From a virus (taxonomy: Duplodnaviria > Caudoviricetes), in the IMG/VR virus record IMGVR_UViG_3300028833_000111, positions 30,801-94,800 of that record: a stretch of 64,000 nt of DNA, one strand, 5' to 3'. Positions 32,301-40,586 of this stretch are shown here, in pieces. Positions within the stretch are counted from its first letter, which is position 1, and every line of letters begins with the position of its first letter. The notes beneath the pieces were generated by a model that saw nothing but the letters and a program-made list of their open reading frames with translations, made no database searches and was not told the DNA's origin. The translations under genes and the position numbers were made by a program.

Positions 32301-33769
32301 AAATAGAGATAATCTATGAAAATAAAGTTAAGATAACACTATTTTCCATACTTCAACAAGAATATCGTATAACATTAGATTCTATTGGGGCTGTGATAGT
32401 TCCTAGGCATAAAAATGAAAATGGAGAATACGAAAATTGTGACCCACTTGATGTAATTGTGCAACAAGACGCATGTAATTGTAGCAGATTAGATAAATAT
32501 AGTTTATGCTCTTATGAACACACGTTTAACATTGATATAGATATAAATGATACTACTGGTAAAACTGATGTTTTTAAATATTACAGCGCTCTTAAAGGAT
32601 GTATTAGCATATACATTTTAAACGGAGAAACAAAAATTTATCCTGGCCAATCTTTCGATTATCTTGATGAAAATAATCAAAGGTTGTTTACAGTAACATT
32701 GGAAGATTCTTCAACTGTTAAAATCACTTTAGATAATAAAGATATTATTTTGCCAACTAGTGGTATTGAATTACATGGAGGATTTTATTATGGAGAATCT
32801 GGAAATGAAGAAACAGAATGCTGTACTTTTAAAATTAATGTAAATAAAAGTAATTGTAATTGTGACGATTTTTTCAAAGATATAAAAAATAAAAATAAAA
32901 CTTTATATATAAACGAGACAGGGTGCAATGATGACCATTATATAGAAATATCTGCGCCACCTTGTGATTTAATTCAACTTTATTTGTCTTGTGATGAAAA
33001 TACAGATGAAGGTTGCCATTGTTCTGACATTGATATTGATGGAAATGGTACTGTAGACTCTAACGAAGAATATGTATGTTTATTCACTGAGAATTCGCAG
33101 TTTCCTCCAAAGTATGATTTTGTTCATAGCCTTCCTGGTGCAACAGGAGATTCGCAACAAATAGTATTTAATGACCTTCCAGATGGAGTAGCATCAAGAA
33201 CAGCGCATTTTTATGCTTTTTGGGCTGAAAATGTTATAAATTCTCAAGGAATAGAAGAAGTTAAATTGGTAAGAATAGATAAAAACGGCAATAAAGTCTC
33301 TGAAGGTGGAGTTGGATACTGTGGAATAGATTTCACTGTAACACAAGAACTTCACAAAGATTGTGATTGCTTTAAACAAACAGGTGGCATTAATACATCA
33401 ATAAATTTTAATGAAGAAAAAGTTAGAATAATTAGTGGTGAAGATGGTAATAGGTATCATGTAAATGAGACAACAGAAGCTATAACGTTTGGTTATGTAG
33501 AAGTTCCATATAATGCCAAAGAATGTGTTAAGGTTATTGTTTCCGGAGATACTGGTACACAACCGGTAATTAATAATATTTCTGTTTCTACATATTGCAC
33601 GCCTATTGAAGATGGCACTGGTAAATGTAGATTTGAATTAAAAGCATCATTCGTTAGAAATATTCAAGAATCTGAACAATCAGCCACAATGAACATTTAT
33701 ATAAGATATAAAGATGGTGACTTAATTACTAACGATAAATTTATATTTGTTGTTAATGGCTCAAATTAA
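29318..33769 (+). CDS. Long multi-domain Cys-rich fibre/adhesin with N-terminal BACON-like domain
   Basis: WVTISPSQGAGDSNINIEV...R...GFV; about 10 modules separated by CxC linkers. Confidence 0.65.
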   Translation: MGEIVRNDLSWIAKAVDNNGNRIDGAGGWVTISPSQGAGDSNINIEVKNSDRRADSVEGFVEIKCTSCKTLEGDDIIKKIKVCRCACDCENWTFNQVVDTVKDEGLAAGTTIATFQKKKLDCNSNLMSATIRKEGEETGTALKIENQSIKLNYNINANKELHTVNYIVDLKFDGGDDGNTCPEYTITQDALVCDCKKVFDEAEIKNSLCISTFGVKKGGTIGTYTVKEGNCPIDYAKATLVPIYPGGSTYNLRLIDGEIKLPASRNILPNDERGAKIFKFTLMYGQDANNKETCFEKEIVQPGVDCNCDDVKFVFKSSALVKIDEETYQIPQSGLTANTLIGNYSFVQGASCKDCDDCIQVLVKKIEPDGTETELSNLKLLNGEMRLTQDIGENENLSPITYVFSPRYNLSKTSRNCDINGDLALDWQDCTPIEITQKELGCECKNIEVTRISSNLDPVTLPTVGTHGDFVAVAKATAGIFGTNGQLIKSCGKLFGYQQSTLTIRPTEEEIEQYNGFVYEEHEGEQKNSILSVPTGQTDSEGNYATYYFYAKVGSHPEIDSPFGFAGNVYLLADGSTEALKCSGKDFEIVIDPDACDCIIPDKVNNKTNPIIDKVPCTGTTIPSQTVRNPKCIMEFRGIHKNMILLITKYTHPEGAEDLITNITVGDKTSNGEMYGTYPKNYAVKIYGNVGEGSPTEERKLGTIEVTPVCNPEYDSEGHYIAGTGWICEPKEYEIIQEKCPNCDCDEIKTKLTIEKEDEEYQYNRLLISYNKPLNEQFEHDENNKRYKIAINTGITNCPVIKIDGQVLDEDGVEWKYVTYKDEWGEDKNWFKVRVEKELDYWSGGEVFYLVFYMYTHRNTIKFDEYEPYPDPPMLKFIVGYYEKESGNWNECQDLSFERKIYDTACVCNLLKDPYFNSGYFTDTYTDYYKYYLNPNSNKFTIKLGENDTTKQVELFNDNLKGCIDLIIKIKGESEGEYTESTEYTYIKDGANLFKIEIIYENKVKITLFSILQQEYRITLDSIGAVIVPRHKNENGEYENCDPLDVIVQQDACNCSRLDKYSLCSYEHTFNIDIDINDTTGKTDVFKYYSALKGCISIYILNGETKIYPGQSFDYLDENNQRLFTVTLEDSSTVKITLDNKDIILPTSGIELHGGFYYGESGNEETECCTFKINVNKSNCNCDDFFKDIKNKNKTLYINETGCNDDHYIEISAPPCDLIQLYLSCDENTDEGCHCSDIDIDGNGTVDSNEEYVCLFTENSQFPPKYDFVHSLPGATGDSQQIVFNDLPDGVASRTAHFYAFWAENVINSQGIEEVKLVRIDKNGNKVSEGGVGYCGIDFTVTQELHKDCDCFKQTGGINTSINFNEEKVRIISGEDGNRYHVNETTEAITFGYVEVPYNAKECVKVIVSGDTGTQPVINNISVSTYCTPIEDGTGKCRFELKASFVRNIQESEQSATMNIYIRYKDGDLITNDKFIFVVNGSN

Positions 33770-33784
33770 TTTTTTTTTAGATTT

Positions 33785-34954
33785 ATGGAACAAGATAATA
33801 AATTAAAATGGAAGGCTTACACAAATAGACCTGAGTGGATAAGTATTTATCCAAGTGAAGGCGTTGGTAGCCAACCAGTAGAGATAAAGGTATATTCTGC
33901 ATCATCGTTTACAGAAAGAGATTTAGAAGGCACAGTCACGTTTGAATGCGTTGACTGTGGCCTTACAGAAAAAAAGGTTGTGAAAGTTACAAGATGTAAG
34001 CCTGAAACATGCGGAGAAGGAACAACAACATATGCTTATCAGCAATCTATTATTTACCCAACTACAATTAGTAAGTGTGGCGGAAAAATTAATGTTAGCA
34101 TACCTTATACATCAACTACTAAATATGATATAGAAGGGTGCGTTGATTCTGTAAAAATATCAGAAATAGAAAAAGAATATACAATTTCTCCAAACTTTGA
34201 AGATGTGGAAAAAGAGATTATATTTAATTATCCGTCTGATGATAGTGATTCTAAATGTGTTATAACTGTCACGCAAGAAAAAGGCCCTTGTAAAACATGT
34301 ATATGCACAACAGGCATTATAGAGTCTGCTGATTATATAGATTATAGAGGCACAAATGGTGATGTAAAAATGACTGTTTGTTATTTCACAGAACCTTATT
34401 GCCCAATTTCAAACGTCTCAATTGAAGTTTTAAATGGCGTTTCGTGGCTTCACGATTTAGAATATATTTCTAAAGGAATAGCAGGATTTGTTGATAAAAA
34501 TGATGGAGAAGAAAGGGTAGCAAAAATTAAAGTTACATATAATTATGGGGAAAGTGAAGGATGTGAAGAAACAGTTTCAATTAGTCAAAAAGCAAATCCA
34601 GAAACTCCTACTCCTGAACCTACTCCTTCTGTTTGTCCATTGGCTTTGAATACATCATATATACTTGATAGTGGCCCAGCTTTACATGATAAAGTTATAT
34701 GTCTATATTATCGTAAGAATAAGAATGTTGACTATGATGAAAATTCATTTGAAATAGTTAGTTGCCCAAGTTTTATAACTAATGCACGAATAGAAAAAAG
34801 CGAAACGAACAACGGATGGTATTATTTTGTTGGCGATGTTAATGAATTTCATGGAACTTATAGAGGAATAGATATTGAAATAAGTTATATGACAAATGAA
34901 GGAAAGTGCTACATTAAAGCACATACTTGGCAAAGAGATAAAACTAAAGTATAA
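33785..34954 (+). CDS. BACON-domain protein
   Basis: WISIYPSEGVG...GTVTF; SWL...VDKNDGEERVAKIKV...ISQ; PTPEPTP linker. Confidence 0.7.
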   Translation: MEQDNKLKWKAYTNRPEWISIYPSEGVGSQPVEIKVYSASSFTERDLEGTVTFECVDCGLTEKKVVKVTRCKPETCGEGTTTYAYQQSIIYPTTISKCGGKINVSIPYTSTTKYDIEGCVDSVKISEIEKEYTISPNFEDVEKEIIFNYPSDDSDSKCVITVTQEKGPCKTCICTTGIIESADYIDYRGTNGDVKMTVCYFTEPYCPISNVSIEVLNGVSWLHDLEYISKGIAGFVDKNDGEERVAKIKVTYNYGESEGCEETVSISQKANPETPTPEPTPSVCPLALNTSYILDSGPALHDKVICLYYRKNKNVDYDENSFEIVSCPSFITNARIEKSETNNGWYYFVGDVNEFHGTYRGIDIEISYMTNEGKCYIKAHTWQRDKTKV

Positions 34955-34978
34955 TAATTAAATAAAATATTTGAAACA

Positions 34979-35626
34979 ATGATTATTCTTATTGATAATG
35001 GTCATGGCAGTACAACTGAAAAAAATGGTAAATTCTCTCCAAAGCTTGATGATACAATCAATGTTGGAGAAGAATTCACCAATGGTGGAAGATTCCGTGA
35101 ATGGAAATATAATAGGGTTATATCTCATATGATTGTAGATAAACTGGTATCAATGGGATATGACGCAAGACTTGTTGTTCCTGAGGATAAAGATGTTTCT
35201 TTATCTGAAAGAATACGTAGAATAAACACAATTTGCAATAAAGAAGGTGCAGGTAACGTACTATTAATATCTGTGCATGCAAATGCAGTTGGTGATGGTT
35301 CTCAATGGATGACTGGTAAAGGATGGGAAGCATATACAACAAGAGGAAAAACAAAGTCAGATACTTTGGCTGAATTTCTTTATAAGAGAGCAGATACCAA
35401 TCTTTCTGGAAGAAAGATAAGAGAAGATTGGACTGATGGAGATAGAGACAAGGAAGCAGATTTCTATATTATTAAAAAGGCTTATTGCCCAGCAGTATTG
35501 ACTGAAAATTTCTTCTACGATAACAAAGATGACTTAAAATATTTAACATCAGATGAAGGAGTTCATGGCGTTGTTAGATTACATATTGAAGGTATAATTG
35601 ACTATATTAATTCTCAAAATAAATAA
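34979..35626 (+). CDS. N-acetylmuramoyl-L-alanine amidase (Amidase_3), probable endolysin
   Basis: IDNGHG, E, ISVHAN and PAVLTENFF Zn-amidase motifs. Confidence 0.92.
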   Translation: MIILIDNGHGSTTEKNGKFSPKLDDTINVGEEFTNGGRFREWKYNRVISHMIVDKLVSMGYDARLVVPEDKDVSLSERIRRINTICNKEGAGNVLLISVHANAVGDGSQWMTGKGWEAYTTRGKTKSDTLAEFLYKRADTNLSGRKIREDWTDGDRDKEADFYIIKKAYCPAVLTENFFYDNKDDLKYLTSDEGVHGVVRLHIEGIIDYINSQNK

Positions 35627-35647
35627 TATTTTTAAAATTAGTGAAGT

Positions 35648-35815
35648 ATGTATAGCGAAACAGATATAACATGGTCATCAATTGAAAAATACTATCCATA
35701 TAGTAAGGTTAATTGGTTTGTTGAAAAAAACGGTATACCAAGATATGTTCTGCTTGATGAGAATGGAGAAAAAATCAACATTAATATAGAGGATTGCTTT
35801 AATTTACATGAATAA
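35648..35815 (+). CDS. 55-aa hypothetical protein (absent from ORF track)
   Basis: MYSETDITWSS...CFNLHE*, fills the gap and overlaps the next ATG. Confidence 0.55.
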   Translation: MYSETDITWSSIEKYYPYSKVNWFVEKNGIPRYVLLDENGEKININIEDCFNLHE

Positions 35816-36929
35816 CGAAATAGAACTTTATCATGGCTCTAGAAATGAGTTTCAAGAGTTTGATATGGCACGAATATCAATGACAATGTACGGTTGGGGA
35901 TTCAATTTCACAACCGACCTTGAGTTTGCGCATGATTTTGGAGATAAAATTTATACCATCGAATTACCTGACGATTCAAAATTCCTTGATTTTGAAACAA
36001 CTGAATTGGGTGATGAAATCTTCAAAAAATTCTGTGAAGATATTGAAAGTCATGGCATATCAAGAGATTTTATTGATATGAGTGGTACAGATGGCTCTTT
36101 TAAAGAATCTTTCTGGATGATGGAAACAAACTATGTGAAACTTTTGGGATTATCAAAGGAAGATGCAATGAAAAGACTAACTGCAATAGTTAAATCATTT
36201 GGCTTTGTTGGAAGCAAATATAAAGATATATACGTTATATTTGATAAGGAAAATATGAGAATAAAAAAAGTTAAAAAACTTGATGAGAGTTTTGACTTTA
36301 ATTCAATTTCCAAAAAAATCCTAAAGGAATCATTATCTCAAAGAGCATATCATTTTACAGACTTAGCAAGCCTACATAGGATGATTGATACAGATACAAT
36401 AAAGTTTTCAAAACCTTCTAGAAGAGACATGATGTTGAATATAAAATATGGTAGGAACTTACCATATTATTTATCGACAACAAGAGTTCGTGATTGTAGA
36501 TTTGGCTTTTCTCCTGCTTTTGATGTGAGAATAGAATTGAATACTGATAAATTTAACAATAACTTTGTGTCTAAATCTGTCAGTTTCTTTAAAGGTTCAA
36601 ATAGCGAAAGTTATAAAAACTATTATACAAGACCTGGTGGGTATGCCAAAGATTACGAAAGACAAATTCAACCATATGTTGAAAATGAAGATAGGGTGTT
36701 TTCAAACACAAGCGAGGTACATAATATAGCAAAATATATTACTAGAATAGATATATTATTACCTATTAATGATATTGAATCTTATTTTAACGAGCATAAA
36801 GATATATATAACATGCTTCGTGATATATACAATCATCCAATGGGTTTAAATACTTTCGTATATAATAATAAAAACCAATTTAATAGACAAGGAAGAAACA
36901 TAACAGAACCAATATTACAGGCTTTATAA
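35808..36929 (+). CDS. Protein with two ADP-ribosyltransferase-like domains
   Basis: LYHGS..F..FD...YGWGFNFTTD...A..FG (ART-PolyVal-like); second YHFT...LSTTR...ENEDRV. Confidence 0.55.
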   Translation: MNNEIELYHGSRNEFQEFDMARISMTMYGWGFNFTTDLEFAHDFGDKIYTIELPDDSKFLDFETTELGDEIFKKFCEDIESHGISRDFIDMSGTDGSFKESFWMMETNYVKLLGLSKEDAMKRLTAIVKSFGFVGSKYKDIYVIFDKENMRIKKVKKLDESFDFNSISKKILKESLSQRAYHFTDLASLHRMIDTDTIKFSKPSRRDMMLNIKYGRNLPYYLSTTRVRDCRFGFSPAFDVRIELNTDKFNNNFVSKSVSFFKGSNSESYKNYYTRPGGYAKDYERQIQPYVENEDRVFSNTSEVHNIAKYITRIDILLPINDIESYFNEHKDIYNMLRDIYNHPMGLNTFVYNNKNQFNRQGRNITEPILQAL

Positions 36930-36943
36930 AAAATGAGGAAGTA

Positions 36944-37960
36944 CTACAAAAGTATTTCCTCAATTTTTTTTGCTGACTTTAAATATTCTACAATTCCTCT
37001 ATATCCATATAATTCATATATTTTCGATGGGTCTAATTCTTGTTCAACAGGAATATATCTTATTCTATTATATAAATTTCCATGATTTAATTCCTTATAT
37101 ATTGCTTTTACTGCTTCATAGGCATCACCATCAAGGAATATGTTTATATTAGCGTTAGCATTTTTAATTATATCCCAATACAATTTAAACTCTTTATTTA
37201 TAACTTTTCCCAGCAATGGAACTGAATTTGGAACAACGATATGGTCAAATGGGCCTTCCACTAGCGTTATATCAGCATCCCATTGTAGTTTTTCTTCGTT
37301 AAATATTGTATTCTTTCTTTCAACCTTTGGATTGAAATATTTAACCACATTATCACGATTAAGATAATCTCTTCCAGTCCAATAATTTAAATCGCCATAT
37401 TTGTCATATGAAGGTATATACACTCTATATGATGACATAAAACTATCCTTGTCATACTCTGTATACCCCATGTTAAATTTCTCTATTATATCCCAACCAA
37501 TGCCTCTACCATTTAAATATTCCATTACTTTCTTAGGACAATATTTATCCTTTCTTAATGGTCTAAATGATTTTGGAAGCATTAAATCATCTATTTCAAT
37601 TGATTTAGTGTCAATATTAAATTCATCGTCTGAGAAATTCATTTTATACATTTTACTTTCTCTCAGAGAATGAATTGTTTCTTTGTAACTTTTCAAAAGT
37701 TCCTCATTTCCATATAGTTTTATGAGTTTGAGGATAGAACCACTCATACTTTCTCCTTCATCACAACACGACCAACATCTGAATAACTGTTTTGATAAGT
37801 TAACCTCAAGATTATACTTTCTAGCCTCCTTTTCGCCTTTATTTTCGATACATCTTGGGCATGGGAATTGCAACTGCATATTCTTGCCGTCAAATCCACT
37901 TTTACATTCTCCCAAGAATGATTCCAAAATATTGTATAACTTGTTTAATTCGAGTTCCAT
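36944..37960 (-). CDS. DNA primase-like protein (Zn finger plus TOPRIM)
   Basis: CPRC...CWSC; YWTGR; LVEGPFD; FLDGDA. Confidence 0.85.
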   Translation of the reverse strand: MELELNKLYNILESFLGECKSGFDGKNMQLQFPCPRCIENKGEKEARKYNLEVNLSKQLFRCWSCCDEGESMSGSILKLIKLYGNEELLKSYKETIHSLRESKMYKMNFSDDEFNIDTKSIEIDDLMLPKSFRPLRKDKYCPKKVMEYLNGRGIGWDIIEKFNMGYTEYDKDSFMSSYRVYIPSYDKYGDLNYWTGRDYLNRDNVVKYFNPKVERKNTIFNEEKLQWDADITLVEGPFDHIVVPNSVPLLGKVINKEFKLYWDIIKNANANINIFLDGDAYEAVKAIYKELNHGNLYNRIRYIPVEQELDPSKIYELYGYRGIVEYLKSAKKIEEILL

Positions 37961-37980
37961 AACTTTTTATTATTTGGCCG

Positions 37981-38011
37981 CAAATATACATAAAAAAAAC
38001 GAAAAAACAAA
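37981..38011 (-). promoter_or_regulatory. Bacteroidota-type promoter TTTG-N19-TAnnTTTG
   Basis: TTTG (38011-38008), 19 nt spacer, TATATTTG (37988-37981), upstream of the primase-like gene. Confidence 0.75.
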
Positions 38012-38047
38012 ACGGGACAGATATTTATTTTAAAATATTATTTTGAA

Positions 38048-38326
38048 ATGGATAAGAAAAAAGTAATAAGAGATAGCGATTTGCTTAGAGGAATGGAAAT
38101 GATGCTTGATTATGAGCCTGTAGTTTATGGCTATTCACAGCATTATTATTACACAAATCTTTGCGAGGAATCAGCAGCGATTACAGAGGACACCCACAGA
38201 TTTGATGAGCATTCACTTGATGATACTCAGGGAGAAATGTGGAAGGATATGTCTTTGGATAAAGATAACTTAACCGATTCTCAGGTAGAATACTTGAAAA
38301 AGGCACTTTGGCTTTGGAATTATTAA
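38048..38326 (+). CDS. Hypothetical protein
   Basis: 92-aa ORF after an ATATTTAT motif. Confidence 0.6.
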   Translation: MDKKKVIRDSDLLRGMEMMLDYEPVVYGYSQHYYYTNLCEESAAITEDTHRFDEHSLDDTQGEMWKDMSLDKDNLTDSQVEYLKKALWLWNY

Positions 38327-38329
38327 AAT

Positions 38330-39265
38330 ATGGAAAGAATTAATGAAATTGGAGATACTGAGAAAGGTCAGTACGCATTAGGACGTTTAAGGGCAAGAAA
38401 GTTTAAAAAAGACGGTTTTAAGAAAGGTAATGAAGTAGGAAAATATGCAGAAAAGGCTAGAGAGAAATCTTCATTATCTACAAAGACTGTTGATGGCTGC
38501 AATGATACTTTTTATAGTCCTAGTAAGTATAAGAATCTAACTGATTCTCATGCTAATGGTTGGCATGATGAAATGCATAAGAATGAATCTAAAAATATGA
38601 AAAAAGAAATGAAGTTAACAGAATCAGAGTTAAAAATGGTTATTGAAGGTGCTGTTAGGAACATACTTAAAGAATATGGAGATAAAGAAGCAACTAGAGC
38701 AAAAATGGCTTTAGCAGCAAAAAAGTCATTGAACAAAGGTGATGCTTCAACTTACAATAACGCTATTAATAGTTTAGCAAAACGTGGAAGTTCAAAGAAA
38801 GAAATGTCAGATTTCCAGGATAAATTTGAAAAAACTGATTTCAATGAGCAGCCGACAAATAACATGGTTGGTGAAAACCAAGTAAAGGTAACTGAGACTG
38901 AATTAAAAGATATTATCAGAGAGTCAGTTAAAGGCGTTTTGGCTGAAATTGACTGGAGAACTGTAGCAAATGCAGCAGACCTTGCCGGTAGTCAATCAAT
39001 GAATGACAAATTACCTCAAGGTTTAAGGCGTAAAAGAACTGACCAGTGGCAAAGATTTAAAGGAGATATTAGACCAAGAATAATGAAACAGTATGATTTG
39101 TCAAATGATGAGGTATCTGATGCTATAAAAGGCAAAGGCCCATTTTATAATTCAGCATCTAGAAAAGCATTAAAAAATATGGATAAACTTACTGCTGATT
39201 ATGATAAATTCTATAGAGGTGATAGAGAAAATCACGCAAAGTATGAAAATGGAAAATGGCAATAA
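38330..39265 (+). CDS. Putative internal head protein with two LTESEL..I.E.V..IL.E helices
   Basis: KLTESELKMVIEGAVRNILKE and KVTETELKDIIRESVKGVLAE. Confidence 0.55.
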   Translation: MERINEIGDTEKGQYALGRLRARKFKKDGFKKGNEVGKYAEKAREKSSLSTKTVDGCNDTFYSPSKYKNLTDSHANGWHDEMHKNESKNMKKEMKLTESELKMVIEGAVRNILKEYGDKEATRAKMALAAKKSLNKGDASTYNNAINSLAKRGSSKKEMSDFQDKFEKTDFNEQPTNNMVGENQVKVTETELKDIIRESVKGVLAEIDWRTVANAADLAGSQSMNDKLPQGLRRKRTDQWQRFKGDIRPRIMKQYDLSNDEVSDAIKGKGPFYNSASRKALKNMDKLTADYDKFYRGDRENHAKYENGKWQ

Positions 39266-39270
39266 ATAAT

Positions 39271-39301
39271 AAAAGCGAGACTTATCTGGTCTCGCTTTTT
39301 T
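39271..39301. terminator. Bidirectional terminator
   Basis: AAAAGCGAGAC-TTATCTG-GTCTCGCTTTTTT. Confidence 0.75.
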
Positions 39302-40082
39302 CGTGGTCTACGTAAGTAGTTCTATGAACAGTTTTATTCCAATAATTTACATCATATTCAATAATTGATTGTTCACATACTTCTTCGCCAACGTGCTTTA
39401 TTTCTATATTTGTCACTTTAAAGTCTAGTTCTCCAAATTTCTGTTGGTTGAGATAACCGAGGCAAGCAACATAAGAGTCTGATGCATCAAAGTTCTCTTT
39501 TTTAAGTTCTCCCTTTTTATCGAATACCCATTCAATATTTGGGAATAGTTCGGCAACCTTGCCTTGCATAACTGTTTTCTTATCTACCTCCCAACTATAA
39601 CTTCCAAACAGAACAAACTTGTTGTTTGTGATTTCATTCAATATTTTCTTAAATTCATATTGTTTTCCATCTTTTCCATATTTTCTAATAGCCATAAGTT
39701 CTGGAAAAGAGTATTTTCTTGCATCATAACTTGAAATATACTCAGGAACAATACCAAGAACATTATATATACAATCTGAAATCATTCCATTGAAACGTAA
39801 AAGAGTTCCGCAAGTGTTAATGTTGTTGCTTCTCAAAAGAGGCTCTTCAATAACAGCCTCATCAATTCCTATTCCTTTAAACTTTTCTATAAACTTTTCA
39901 AAAATCTGTTTTTTTAGAAAAAGTTGTTCAATTCCTTTAACTTTGGAAGATACTTTAGGGCTAATATGGGTCAATTCAATTATTTGACCATAATCAGACC
40001 CATCATCTAGCAATAAAGTAACACCTATACAAGCTGTACTTACATCTAATCCTAATAATATCTTTCTTCCTTCTTTATCCAT
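39282..40082 (-). CDS. RuvC-like Holliday junction resolvase
   Basis: LGLDVSTACIG, VIEEP and DASDS acidic catalytic motifs. Confidence 0.75.
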   Translation of the reverse strand: MDKEGRKILLGLDVSTACIGVTLLLDDGSDYGQIIELTHISPKVSSKVKGIEQLFLKKQIFEKFIEKFKGIGIDEAVIEEPLLRSNNINTCGTLLRFNGMISDCIYNVLGIVPEYISSYDARKYSFPELMAIRKYGKDGKQYEFKKILNEITNNKFVLFGSYSWEVDKKTVMQGKVAELFPNIEWVFDKKGELKKENFDASDSYVACLGYLNQQKFGELDFKVTNIEIKHVGEEVCEQSIIEYDVNYWNKTVHRTTYVDHEKSETR

Positions 40083-40208
40083 GTATAATATTATATTAAT
40101 ATATTATTATATTACCCGGAATATATCCGGATTTTTTAAAAAAATATGAAAAATTTAATATTTTTAAATAATAATTAAAAAAAATTATTTTTTTACAGAT
40201 TTTTTTTG

Positions 40209-40216
40209 TATATTTG
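40209..40216 (+). promoter_or_regulatory. Bacteroidota -7 promoter element
   Basis: TATATTTG upstream of the 40234-SbcC-sigma run. Confidence 0.7.
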
Positions 40217-40233
40217 TAGAAACATCATAGAGT

Positions 40234-40584
40234 ATGATTATTGAAATTTCAAGAAGCTTAGAATCTGACATTATGAATTTCGTTAAAGTGAACGAAGTTG
40301 ATGACATAAATGGATTCTTGGCAAACTGCTTACGTGATGGCTTCAATATTGCAAAATATGGAGTTTCACCAAAAGATAATTTTAAAAATGAAAATAAACC
40401 TTTAAAAATAGAAAATTATGAGAATACAGAAGAAAGTAACTCTAAAGGAGTGGAAAAAGAAGAGGGAAAGAGAAAAGGAAGTACAAAAAAACGTTCTTCA
40501 ACCAGCGAAGAAAGCATCAAACCAATTGAAAAAACAGAAGAGTCAATAAAACCAAAGAAAACAATTAGAATAATTAAGAAATAG
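40234..40584 (+). CDS. Hypothetical protein with Lys/Glu-rich tail
   Basis: 116-aa ORF. Confidence 0.6.
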   Translation: MIIEISRSLESDIMNFVKVNEVDDINGFLANCLRDGFNIAKYGVSPKDNFKNENKPLKIENYENTEESNSKGVEKEEGKRKGSTKKRSSTSEESIKPIEKTEESIKPKKTIRIIKK

Positions 40585-40586
40585 TT

